Part shown: in pieces, positions 40,715-52,383 of the stretch
Layout of the letters: the number at the start of each line of letters is the position of its first letter
Position numbering within the stretch: the first letter of the stretch is position 1
IMG/VR virus record: IMGVR_UViG_3300010938_000009
Location: 32,001 to 96,000 of that record
Strand: one strand, 5' to 3'
DNA: 64,000 bases
Origin: a virus
Position numbers and translations under genes: made by a program
The notes under the pieces: generated by a model
The model's database searches: none
Told to the model about the DNA's origin: nothing
Seen by the model: only the letters and a program-made list of their open reading frames with translations

Positions 40715-43410
40715 TTACCTATCCTGCAATAAATCCCAATAATATTCTGCTTGACAGGCTTGATTTTCATACCATTTTTCATATAATTCTTGCTGATAAT
40801 TCTCATAGATATATTCTAAATCTTCATCACTTATATCTTTATTTGTATCTACATAATAGGCGCAACCGATTTGTATATCGTTCTCATATTTACCGTAAAT
40901 ACTTTCAATTTCTATTTCTTGTCCTAATTTATTTTTAACTAGCATAAAACCTACCTTTCATTATTTAACTTTACTTATTTTGCCGTCGCCTAATTCTATT
41001 ACTTCTAATTCCTTAGTTTGATCACATTCTATAGTAATACTTCCTACTCCCTCAACTTTAACTATTCCAGTAACTTCATCATAACCCAAGTATTTAAATA
41101 CTGTATTTTTAGTTACAATAACTTTATCGCCTACTTTAAACTTAGTCATTGTGATAACCCTAATTTCTTTTTAGTTCTATTTAATTGAGCTAATTCTAAA
41201 TTAGGATAACATTCTATATTAACTACAATATAGCCTAATCTTTTAAGTTTGTTTACTATAATGTTTAGTTCACAGTTTAAATATATGTTATATTCTTCTA
41301 GTCCTTTGTCATCTATTATAGTTACTAAGTTAAACATAATTAAGTCCTTTCATGTTATACTATAACCTATCTATAACCTTATTATAGCTTAATTTTTGAT
41401 TATTGCAATAGTTATTTTAACCTATATAACTCTATTAGTTCATTAGCTCTAATCCTAGTTTTATCTATATCTAGGTTATTAGCTAATAGTTCTAGTTCAA
41501 TAGACTTGCTAATTTGAGGTAAATCAGTCATTTTAAATTGTTTGTAATTACCTACCTCTTTAAATAGGTCATTTACTAGTTTATCTATTTTCTTTTTAGA
41601 AATTTTAACCATAAAATTACCTTTCTAGGTTATTTAAACCCATTAATAATTTCGATTACTTAGGCTAAGAGCTTGTAATTACTTGGGCGGCACAGTAATT
41701 TCAATAGCTTAACCCTCAATTTTCCCTGTTTTTAAACATTTACTTAACCAAGCTATGAAAATATTAGCGTCAACTTTACCACCTACATTATAAGTATTGA
41801 CTCCACTAGCTCTAAACTCGGCTACACTAGGATAATTACTATCATATAGATTAGTACATTTCCAGTCATATACTGTAAAGGTGTTGCCTAAAGAGTCACT
41901 AAAAACCCATTCTCCACTAACTTTGTAGTCATCTCCATCAATTGGCTGGCCAAACAATTCAGCCATTTTATTGAAATCTAAATCAATATGTCCTCTCAAG
42001 TTAGTTCCATTTACATCAGCGTTATTATTTAACTTAAACATAAAACAATCCTTTCCAAAAAGCTAATATTAAATTTGCCTTTCCTAATGTAACTGTCAAT
42101 TATAATCTACGTCAATAATGACTTATGTCAAAACGCTACCTATTTTAACAAAATTAATAACTTAAACTTGGGCGGCATAAATTAAGTCTTTACCATATAC
42201 TTACTTTACAAATACTGTAATAACCTTATTAGTATCATTTAATTGCATACAAACTCCTATTTAGTTTAATAGTACCTATTGTATGTATTAAACCTATTCA
42301 AATAAGTACCTATTCTATACTATTCAAGTAACTGTTTATGATTACTAGAATTACTAGCAGTAATTGTAATAAGTGTAATGATTACTTGTAGTTGTAGTGG
42401 TATTTGTAGTAATAACAAGTACTTAGCTCATCCACATTTTTCATGCCTACCCTCCATTACCACTAATAATACCTGTAATTACAACAACTTACACCAATTA
42501 CACTACAATTACTTGCGATATAACTTAGTATAACCCTTATAACTATTATTAGTTGTACTATAACGTGTACTAGTTATACTTATAGATAGGCTATAGCTAG
42601 TTATACTATAACCTACCCTAGGAGTACAATTATTTGTTAGTCCTTTTACACCAACGCAAGTAAACTCCTAAAGTCTCTGTTTTAAATAATTGACCTGTAA
42701 ATTGCTGACAAGCTACAATAAACCTAGCTGTATCAATTACTCCATTAATTTTTATGTAATTAGAATTTGATACTTTATCTTCTTTCACTAGTTTGTAGAA
42801 ATCTAATACCTGATCTTTAATAGTTCTATTACTCACTTTACTCATATACGTTCTCCTTAGTTATTAGTGGCGCATTTTTACGCCACTAGGTTTAATTTAA
42901 GTTTAGTTTAAGTCTAAAGTTATACCTTCCATATACTCTAATTCATTACTATTTGAGTGATTAATTACATATACTACGTTCTTACGCTTAATAACCCTAT
43001 AGCCGAAAGGTTGTAAGGCTAAGTTAAAACACTTCCTAGTATGGGATGAAGACTCCCACCCATTAGCTAAGAGCGTGATTTTCTTAGTACTGTAGTCTAC
43101 CGTTACTATATTAGTATAATACAGTCTATGTACAACCTTGTCTTTGTATGGCGTGATACTGTAACCTTTTGGCATAAATACCTCCTTATTTTTTAAGTTT
43201 AACCTTACTATCTAACTTGTCAACTAGTCCAGTAACTTGATTTAATTGTGATTCTATTAGTTTAGTTTGTTCTAATACTTGTAGAGTCTTTAAATCACTT
43301 ATAAGTCTTATTAAATCACTTATAGCCTTATTAGTAATATTAGTTTTGCCTAGTCTTGCATCTACCACTAGTTGCGCTATTATTTGAGCTATTTTAAATT
43401 CTATAGTCAT
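40715..43410 (-). CDS. Early-region small hypothetical ORFs (40715, 40961, 41146, 41412, 41709, 42630, 42903, 43186)
   Basis: ORF track; strong AGGAG/AGGT Shine-Dalgarno sites. Confidence 0.55.
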
Positions 43411-43436
43411 ATATACCTCTATTCCTTGGCTTATAA

Positions 43437-43535
43437 TTACTTAGTTCTATATAATACTGTATAACCTAAATCTAATAACTTCTCTACTGACTTCATATTC
43501 ACTTTACCTACTAGTATAATTACTTTACTTGTCAT
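43437..43535 (-). CDS. 32-aa microprotein (not in ORF track)
   Basis: AAGGTGAG SD, MTSKVIILVGKVNMKSVEKLLDLGYTVLYRTK. Confidence 0.45.
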   Translation of the reverse strand: MTSKVIILVGKVNMKSVEKLLDLGYTVLYRTK

Positions 43536-43818
43536 ACTCACCTTCCTTCTAATATAACTATAACCTACTAGTGTTATAGAGTCAACTATAATCGTAATAG
43601 TCAATAGTTACACAGTACCTAGTATAAGTACTTGTAATTACAGTACTTCCTTAATATAACTTAATTCTAGCTCATTTATAATATAACCTAGTCTATAACA
43701 TAGGCTAGTTATATAATCAGTATGAATATAACTTGACTCAATGTTACTCATTCTAATTAAATCAATTATTGTATAACACTTAATATAGTCTATCATATAA
43801 TCCCCTTGTTAGTAGTAA

Positions 43819-43932
43819 CTATCTTATAATGATCTTATAACCAGCATTATAGAAGCTATCATAAGCTTGACTAGTAATGCTACTTACTATTACTACCTTA
43901 GTTACTTTGTTTATTTTAATTATGTTTGTCAT
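43819..43932 (-). CDS. 37-aa microprotein, probably leaderless from the sigma54 promoter
   Basis: ATG lies at the expected +1 region of the -24/-12 promoter; resembles 43437-43535 (...GY.I..R). Confidence 0.4.
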   Translation of the reverse strand: MTNIIKINKVTKVVIVSSITSQAYDSFYNAGYKIIIR

Positions 43933-43943
43933 ACTTAGACTAT

Positions 43944-43960
43944 AGCAAGTGATGTACCAA
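43944..43960 (-). promoter_or_regulatory. Sigma54 (-24/-12) promoter
   Basis: TTGGTAC-ATCAC-TTGCT with GG-N10-GC spacing. Confidence 0.6.
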
Positions 43961-44026
43961 GTATAAGTATTTGTAATTACTGGAGTGGTAGTAGTAGTAA
44001 TTGTATAACTTGTAGTCGTTATAGTA

Positions 44027-44039
44027 TAACCTATTGATA
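44027..44039 (-). promoter_or_regulatory. IHF consensus site
   Basis: TATCAATAGGTTA matches WATCAANNNNTTR. Confidence 0.5.
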
Positions 44040-44221
44040 CTATTCAATGTTATATTATAGTCAGTGTATAGAAGTTCTATAGTAATAATAACATAGGTTA
44101 TAAGTGACACTTGTAGTTATAGTATTACAAGAAGGGGTATACGGTGTAAAAAATGACACACCCCACACCCAGGGGTACTCAAGGTCTCTTTTTTAAATTT
44201 TAAAAAAATTAAAAACGGGGC

Positions 44222-44250
44222 TTGACGATAGTCAAGAAATAGATTACACT
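44222..44250 (+). promoter_or_regulatory. Sigma70 promoter with UP element and overlapping palindrome
   Basis: TTGACG-17 nt-TACACT; CTTGAC-GATA-GTCAAG palindrome; A-tract AAATTTTAAAAAAATTAAAAA upstream. Confidence 0.65.
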
Positions 44251-44257
44251 CTTCAAC

Positions 44258-44371
44258 ATGACTCAATATAATCCTGGTGATATCCTAGAACTAACACTAC
44301 AACAACATACAGGACTACCTACTCTAGTACCAGAAGCTAATAAAGTACTAATAAAACAGCTATACTTCTAA
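44258..44371 (+). CDS. 37-aa leaderless microprotein with LY C-terminus (not in ORF track)
   Basis: MTQYNPGDILEL...VLIKQLYF*; ATG at the predicted TSS. Confidence 0.5.
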   Translation: MTQYNPGDILELTLQQHTGLPTLVPEANKVLIKQLYF

Positions 44372-44640
44372 TAGCTTATTAGAGCCTCTACAATCAATTA
44401 TAATACCCTTTCTACTACTAACTCTAGTCCTACTACTTACAATCGATCTAATAGCCTTCTAGGCTCTTTAAACTTACATTATAAGTACGGGGGATTAGCC
44501 GCCCCTTCTAAACTGCTAATAACTAGCATTTTCGGAAGTTAAATTGCTGTAAGTTATTGTAATTACGTAAGGGGTAGCCCTAATAACTAGCGTTTTTAGC
44601 TAGTTACTGGTTAAAATTTTAAAAAAATTAAAAAAATAGC

Positions 44641-44669
44641 TTTACAAGTCCTATAAAGTAAGCTACAAT
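44641..44669 (+). promoter_or_regulatory. Sigma70 promoter with the same A-tract UP element
   Basis: TTTACA-17 nt-TACAAT preceded by AAATTTTAAAAAAATTAAAAA. Confidence 0.6.
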
Positions 44670-44792
44670 AAGCCCTATAGCTAATATTAAAACAATTATA
44701 GGGAGTTTGAAGTAGGGCCTTGCTACCGGACTTAGCTAATGCCTTAAAAAACGGATTAATAGTACCTTATAATTAAATAACTAAGGAGATTT

Positions 44793-47700
44793 ATGAAAAA
44801 TAAGAAAGAGCCTATATTTGATAATTTTAAAATAGAACTTGGGCCTGAAATTGATAGAAGTAGTTGGAATATTACATTAAATAGCGATTCAGATTTAGGT
44901 GTATTACCTTTTAAAGAAAGAATACAACAACAAATCAAACATCATAAAGATAGCCTAGAAAAAGCTGAAGAATGCTTAAAACAACTAGAAGCTGCTAAAT
45001 ATAAGGAAGGGGACGTACTTTTACATAAAACTAAAGGTAAGGTATTTGTAATTGAGGTTTATATAGATGAATATATTAAACCTGGAATTTTATATAAAGT
45101 TAGCTGTCCAGGGTTTGACAGGTTTCTAACTTACCAAGAAGAAGAATTATTACCTTTAAATGAACTTACACAAGGGTTATATGACTCTAATTAGAACTGT
45201 TAAGGACTTAAGGGGCCTCGGCACCGAAGTCCTTAAAAAGGAATTAGAGGCTTATATAGGAATTGAACTTTATAGTAAAACTGAAAGAAAAAGCTTTATT
45301 ATTGACCAAATTATTTTTAATTTAGATTTAGCTCCAAATCAATCCTATTCTGATTACAGAGCTATTGGAACTATATTTGTTTCTCCTGTCTACTTAGATA
45401 GGTTTTATATAGAAAGAGTTACTACAGTTTCAGCTAATGTACTACATTTAGAGACTTTTGATACGTTTATAGAACAAAACCTTAAACCCATGCTAGATAA
45501 CTTAGTACTTGACTTTAAAACTGAGTATGTTAAACTAGATACTGAAATGGCTAAAATACTATACAAAAAGGACTAATAATGGCTATTAATAAATACAAAT
45601 ACTTAGAAGAAGCTGTAGAACAACTTAAACCTATTATAGCTCCTTATGTAGGTAAAACAATGTTTTGTAGAAAATATAGAGTATTATTACAAATAGTAGA
45701 ACCTAAATTAACGATATATTATAATAACCCTTATATACTTTATGCAGTTGATAATATTGATAATCTTGAAAATATTTTTGCAATAAGTAAGTTTTACAAA
45801 GATTTTGAAGGCTATTATAAGCCTAACATAGATTTTAAGTATATTCAACATACTGTTATAACTAATATATTAAATATAGACTTTAACGACCCATTAGCTA
45901 AAGCCTTATATTCAAGGATTTAATAATGAAAAATGAAGTATTCCAAATTATTCAGACTTGTATTCAACCTTATAGTAAACAACTAGTTTATAGTTTATAC
46001 CACCGTAAGTTTGTTTCTTGCACTTTTACTACTGGTTATAACATACGTCCGCCAGCTACCGAAGAATCAGATTACAGCTATTTACTAACTATTACAGCTA
46101 GTTGTACTGATAATAACGCTATTTTAATACCTATACATCTAGATCTTATACTTAATAGTTTAACTCCTTTAGCAGAGGTACAAGCTAAGGTACAAACTGC
46201 CCTAGACCAACAATTTGCTATTATACCTGCAACAGAACTTAGTGAGACTCTATATGGCTTCGATAACGAATAATTACGTAATTTTATATAATAAAAGGAC
46301 TAAGGAGTTTTTTGAGCAAGATTGTGATAGTCCTATTATTAAAGCTATTAAAAATATTGATAATTTAAGAGATTTTCTACACGGTTTAACTTTAGCTGAA
46401 TTTAATAACTATAATATAGATAGCGTAACAGGGGATGCTTTTTATCAAATTTGGCACGATAAAGGAATTACAAGTATAAGTGTAGAAGACGTTAGAAATA
46501 ATAACTGGGTAGTTTTACCTAACACAGAATTAACTAAGAGTTTATATGGCCTCTAACCTAAAATTTAAGGTCGGCGACATCATTTGTAATAAAAAATATC
46601 CAGGACTACTACTAGAAATAATAAATATTAACTGTTACCTAGACGGTTGTTATTATACAGTAAGGTTATTAAAAGAACTTTTTGAAGTACCTTTTAGACA
46701 AGAACAAGCAGAAACAGAGTATGAATTAGTTGCTAATGAAGAAGCTATAACCCTAAAGTTATTATATGATAAGTAATTATAAAGTAGGTAGTTACTTATT
46801 AGATAATAAGAAGGAACTATTTGTTATAACTAGTATTAATATTATAAACGATACTATTAGTACTGTAGGTATTACTAGGATTAAAGTGCCTACTTATAAT
46901 ACTACAGTTGTTAGTATAGAGGGTAGTATTGTAAGTTTAACTAGTAGAAACTATTTTCAAGTAGTACCAGAACAGGATGTAGAGTTAACGGAATTATTGT
47001 ATAAATGAGGTCTTAATGGACTTTTCATGTTTACCACCATTAAGCCCAGGATGGGATCACCTCTGTTTTGAGCAGAAGGTTTACATTATACATATTTCAG
47101 CCCATAATAGGAGTTTATGAATAGAGTATCAAAATATATTAATACTACAAATAAAACGATTATAGAGCTAAATAACTATGTTTTACAAAGCTTTAGAGAA
47201 AAAGTTCAAGCTTTAAGTTTGAATTCTGACCCTTACCTTTTAAAAAACTACTTATCTCAACAAATTAAGGTTTTTAAACCTCAATCTAATTGTAAGGAAT
47301 ATTATTCTATTGAACAATTATTGAATGATTTCAAAGAGTTAACTCCAGAAGAGGAAGCTATAGCAACTTTATTATATGAATAAACCTCAATATTATACCT
47401 ATGAAGGTACTTTATTTAAATTAATACATTTTAACAGTTTAAATTCTTGTTGCCTTATGTTAGGCTTAAATAAAAATAGCCTTAAAACCTACCCTATAGA
47501 GTATATAGAAACTTATTTTGAGCCTTTAACTAATTACGATGAAAGTATGATAGACTTACTTTATGGTAAAAAGGACGCTGCGGAAGCCGTGCATGATCTA
47601 TGTCATCAAATTCTAACAAAACACTTAAAAATCTAGAAGGAAAGTGGTTCAAACCTATTTTTGGACAGTTAATATATAAGGGCGAAAATACTAAAATTTA

Positions 47701-49184
47701 CATTTCTGACCCTTTTCTTATCAAACGCCTTATAAGAACTAATCCTTACCGAGGTGACGAGTTCTTAGTAAAAACGCTAAATCCCAATTACCCCGAAGTT
47801 ATAATAGTATTAGATATGATGCTATTAGAACCTTATGAACCTACCGAATTAGAAAAACTACTCTATTCTTAATCTTATGCTAACTTTCCTTAAAATATTT
47901 TATAATACAGGTCTAGGTATATTTTACGCTGTAAATAAACTTATTTCTATTAAAAATTACTTTAAATTTCAAATACTTAGGTTATTTTATTATATATTAA
48001 TAAAAACTAAGGGTAAAGCTTTTCCTGAATTTAAAACTGGAGAATATTGTTTTTATTTAGATAGAGATAAAAAAGAACTTATTCCTGTTGAAATATTAGA
48101 TTTACGTTGGGAATATAATGAAAACTATGAAATCTACGTTAAAGGTAATTATAAAAATCTTATAGGTTACTATATAAAAGATTTAAAAATAACTAATAAT
48201 AGTCAATTATGGGGTAAATTAGCCTACCCTTACGACTTATTAAAAATAAACGACGAAGAACTAATAGATATACTAAAAACTCTGTATAAAAGGGATTAAT
48301 GTTTAAAAAAGGCGATTTCATTCACCCTATAGAAGAACAGGTAGAAGCTTTAATAACTACGGGCAAAAGTCAGTATATTCTACTTTTCGGGCCTAAAAAT
48401 ATATTTATAGTTCACAGTTTTAATAAATGGCACTTGATATTTCAGTATTTAGATGATAAAACGACTTATATTGAAGGTTTATATACTAAGTTCAAACTAG
48501 TAGAAGACCCAACTCAATTAGAACTACTACAGGCGTTATATGGACAAGATTACTAAAAGATACGGAGAATACCAAGGCACTATTTACGAAATCGTAGGTT
48601 ACGGTTATTGTAGATTTTGTACTCCTGGTAATGAAAGTCTTTACGAAGGAAATGTTCTGTGTTTTCAACTAAAACCTCTTATTAGAACTAACCCTAAATC
48701 TATTACTACAACTACTACTTATCATGTAAGTGGTGATGCTGTTAGTCATACTGCTACTTATTATCCTAATAGTTCTTTCTACGTAGAAGAGACTTCAGTT
48801 ACTGAAATAGAAGACCCTTCTACTATAGAGGCTCTTAACGTATTATATAACCTATAATAACTCTAATAACAAGTATAACCTTTTATGCATATACAACTAA
48901 TGTATGAAATGATGGAAGCTGTGTACGATACCTACAAAGATGTAGAAAATACTAGCTTACTAAAGTTTCCTATAAATACTACTAATACTATAAAAGATTT
49001 TAATATAGACGATCATGCTATATGTTGTTATAGTATAGGTAATTACGTTATAGTAGGTTATAATGTAAATAAGTTAGTAGTTCGTAATATAGAGAAAGGT
49101 TATCTTGTTTGCATTTCTCCACGTTTTTTAAAAGTGGTTGAGGACAAAACAGAGCTTTTTAAAGCTATTTACGGTAAAAAGTAA
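44793..49184 (+). CDS. Tandem array of 14 small hypothetical ORFs sharing a C-terminal helix-(L/I)Y motif
   Basis: ORFs 44793, 45160, 45579, 45926, 46215, 46546, 46766, 47117, 47376, 47600, 47877, 48299, 48540, 48885; several contain FK.GD/YK.G. SH3-like strands. Confidence 0.7.
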
Positions 49185-49830
49185 CTATTTTTAAAAATAT
49201 TTGGGTTTACTTTGTATATACTTTTGAGGGTATAGTGAGAAGTCTTTTTTGATTATGCGTGGATATTAATTAATGTTAGTTTCTTTAAACAATTAATTAT
49301 ACCGTTAAATTAAAAAACAAGTGATTTTAGTTAGTTATATTAAACAAATCACTTAATAAACTAATTTAACTAAAGCTCTACAAAAGAGCTTTAGTAGTAC
49401 AGTTACTAACTAGTTACTAATATTATAAAGTTACTAGTTAATAAAACAGTCATAATAATATGACTCAAAAAAATTACTTATAAGTACAATTACTTAATAG
49501 TAAATACTACAGTAATATAACATAAAGATTGAATTTAAGTTATAATTGTAATAATAAGTAAAAGCTTAGTTTTTGATTTTACATAAGTAGAGAATACAGC
49601 CTCTCACCCTTATATAGAGGGCTTTGAATTTCCGAACTGATAAGATTAATTATTAAGTTCCTATTACCTGAATTTTTTAATATGAACGGATATTAAAGGT
49701 TTTGACGGTAATACGGCCTCCGTTACTAGAGAATTCCCCGATTCTCTTTATAAGGTTAAGTTTTTCCTAATAAAAAACTATATATATATCGGGGGCTTTA
49801 TTAGCCCCCTTATTATACCGAGGAGTAAAT

Positions 49831-50073
49831 ATGGTAAATAAGAAGGTAAAATATACCTGTAAAAATTGCAATTGGCAAACTTCTATAAGAGTTGAATGGG
49901 CTGATTTACGCCCAAAAAGATGTATGAACCGTAAATGCAATATTAGTTTTCTAAAAAACCCAGACTCCTTATTAATTGAGTTACCAGAAGAAATAAAGAT
50001 AGCTCCTGAAAAGAAGACTAAAAAGTCTAAAAAACAAGAAGAGCTACAAAAAGAAGGTGAACCTAATGAGTAG
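49831..50073 (+). CDS. Zn-ribbon protein
   Basis: CKNC...PKRC...C; GAGGAG SD. Confidence 0.6.
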   Translation: MVNKKVKYTCKNCNWQTSIRVEWADLRPKRCMNRKCNISFLKNPDSLLIELPEEIKIAPEKKTKKSKKQEELQKEGEPNE

Positions 50074-50180
50074 TGGAGTTATTAATAAAGAAGAAGCTGC
50101 TAAGTTAGTGAATAATAAAATAACTAATAAATTAGTTGAAACAATTAAAACTATAGTAAATTTAGGGAATAGAAAGAAGA

Positions 50181-50777
50181 ATGCAAGACGACGAAAAAAA
50201 GCCAGAAGATAAGACTGATAGACAAATTTCTATGAAAGAGAAGGCTAAAAGAGGCGGCCAAGTTTCTGTTATTAAAATGGAAGCTAAAAGAGCTTTAAAA
50301 GAATACAGCAACCCTGATTCTAAATGGGACCTTATACAAGAGTTATACCAAGAAATACAAGCTCTTTATATTAGTGTAAATCCAGACCAACCTATGCCGA
50401 CTGTCCCAAAATTGAGACAACATTTAATAGATGAAATAAAATTAAGATATGAAGATGAACCAGAATTAAGAGATTTATTACTACAATGCCTTCCTAGCAC
50501 TGACCGATATATTAGAGCTTGGTATAAAAAAGAAGGTTGGATGGATGCAGTTTGGGATAAAGTTAGAGTTAAAGGTTTATTTACAGAAAGTAAAAGATCT
50601 CAAGTTATAGAAGCTTTAAGAAAAAGAGCTATAGAAAAAGATACTGCAGCAGCTAAAATATGGTTACAACTTTCTGGAGATTTAGTAGAAAATAACCCTA
50701 TAGCAGCTTCAGATAAAGCTCAAGATTTTTATAGAGAAATTAATAAAATTTTACATAGTAAAAAAGGTAACGAATAA
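50181..50777 (+). CDS. Putative terminase small subunit
   Basis: Immediately upstream of TerL; helical, 'AL...A.EKDT.AAKIWLQL.G'. Confidence 0.55.
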   Translation: MQDDEKKPEDKTDRQISMKEKAKRGGQVSVIKMEAKRALKEYSNPDSKWDLIQELYQEIQALYISVNPDQPMPTVPKLRQHLIDEIKLRYEDEPELRDLLLQCLPSTDRYIRAWYKKEGWMDAVWDKVRVKGLFTESKRSQVIEALRKRAIEKDTAAAKIWLQLSGDLVENNPIAASDKAQDFYREINKILHSKKGNE

Positions 50778-50780
50778 TTA

Positions 50781-52382
50781 ATGCAAGTTCAATATAATAC
50801 AGAAGGTAAACCTTTAAGAATAAATGAACTCGACATAGAAGGTTTAGCTAAATGGTTATATGAAAATAAAGTTAGAACGACTCAAGGTAAATTATATCAA
50901 CCATTACATAAGGGACATTTAGAAGTTTTAAAAGATCCAGCTAGATTCAAAGTTTTAGCTTGCGGTAGAAGATGGGGGAAAACTTTATTAACTTCTTTAA
51001 TGGCTTTAGCTGTTCTGTTTCAAATGAACAGAAGAGTTTGGATTATTGGCCCAGATTATTCTTTGTGTGAAAAGGTTTTTAGAGAACTTTATAGCATTTT
51101 AGTATTACAATTGAAGATTATAGTTCCTGGAAAAAAAGGACGTGCTCGGAACCAAAAAGGGGATTATTACTTAGAAACTCCTTGGGGAAGCATATTAGAA
51201 GCTAAATCAATGGAGAATCCTGACAGTTTAGCAGGAGAAGCGAACGACCTAATTATTATAGATGAAGCAGCTCTTACAACTAATTTAGAAAATATATGGG
51301 TGCAAATGCTAAATCCGACGTTAATGGATAAAGAAGGTTCAGCAATTTTTATTTCTACACCACGAGGTAAAAATAATTTTTATAAACTATTTTTATTTGG
51401 TGAAAAAGGTAAACGACAAAGAGAGGGTAAACTTAAAATAACCATAGATCCAGAAACAGGCATTAATAACGATATGACTGAATGGAGTAGTTTTCAGAGA
51501 ACTAGTTACGATAACCCTTTGTTAGCAGCTACGCCAGAAAAATCTAAAAGTGAAATTGATGCTGCTTATAGACGCTCTATAATGTCTGGTAAAATAGTCA
51601 TGTTTAAACAAGAATACTTAGCAGATTTTGAATCAGTTTCTGACAGTTGTTTTCCAGGTTTTAACGTAGAAGCTACTGAAAAAATACAATATCCTAATGT
51701 AATAGATTATAATTGGCACCCTGATGAAGGCCCAATTTACTCAGCTTGCGATCATAACTTTGCTAAACCAGCAAGTACTATATTCGCTCAAGTAAATCAA
51801 TTTGGAGACGTAGTAATATTTGATGAATATTTTACACCACATACAACCTCCTACATGCAAGCCCAACAAATAGTAGACAAAGAAAGAGAACTTACAAGAA
51901 GAGCTATAAAAATTTGGGACGACGAAGCACAATTATTAAAAAATAGAAGACATATAAAATTTGAAGAAATAATAGCAGATATTTCAGGAGATCAAGTACA
52001 ACTACATGGTAGAGCAGCTTGGGATGATTTTGAAGCAGTTTTAGGTAGAAGACCAAAAGGTTTAGCTCAAAATAGAGAAACAGGTTGTAATATGATAAGA
52101 CTTTGGTTACAATTTCCAAAGTTTGATCAAAAAGGACAGCCAGTATTCGACAAAAACAACGAACAAGAAACTTACCCTAAATTATTTGTTTCTAGTAATT
52201 GTACTAATTTAATTTACGCTTTAAGTACTGCTAAGTTCAAAAAAGGAAACGGCGGCAACTTAAAAGAAGATTATGAAGAAACTCCAGAAGGTTACGAAGG
52301 TTTAATTGATGCTTTACGTTATTTAATAGTATACTTATTTCACAATAAGGGTAATTACGTAGAAGTTTACAAAGGATTTTAA
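50781..52382 (+). CDS. terL: Terminase large subunit
   Basis: CGRRWGKT Walker A, IIIDEAA Walker B, ISTPRG.N.FY, F.QEYLADF, C-terminal DALRY. Confidence 0.93.
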   Translation: MQVQYNTEGKPLRINELDIEGLAKWLYENKVRTTQGKLYQPLHKGHLEVLKDPARFKVLACGRRWGKTLLTSLMALAVLFQMNRRVWIIGPDYSLCEKVFRELYSILVLQLKIIVPGKKGRARNQKGDYYLETPWGSILEAKSMENPDSLAGEANDLIIIDEAALTTNLENIWVQMLNPTLMDKEGSAIFISTPRGKNNFYKLFLFGEKGKRQREGKLKITIDPETGINNDMTEWSSFQRTSYDNPLLAATPEKSKSEIDAAYRRSIMSGKIVMFKQEYLADFESVSDSCFPGFNVEATEKIQYPNVIDYNWHPDEGPIYSACDHNFAKPASTIFAQVNQFGDVVIFDEYFTPHTTSYMQAQQIVDKERELTRRAIKIWDDEAQLLKNRRHIKFEEIIADISGDQVQLHGRAAWDDFEAVLGRRPKGLAQNRETGCNMIRLWLQFPKFDQKGQPVFDKNNEQETYPKLFVSSNCTNLIYALSTAKFKKGNGGNLKEDYEETPEGYEGLIDALRYLIVYLFHNKGNYVEVYKGF

Positions 52383-52383
52383 C

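Noticed and set aside
44793-49184. LY motif as a pure by-product of SD+ATG overlaps
   Set aside because: This explains some cases (TAT-G), but many use TAC or have no ATG there.
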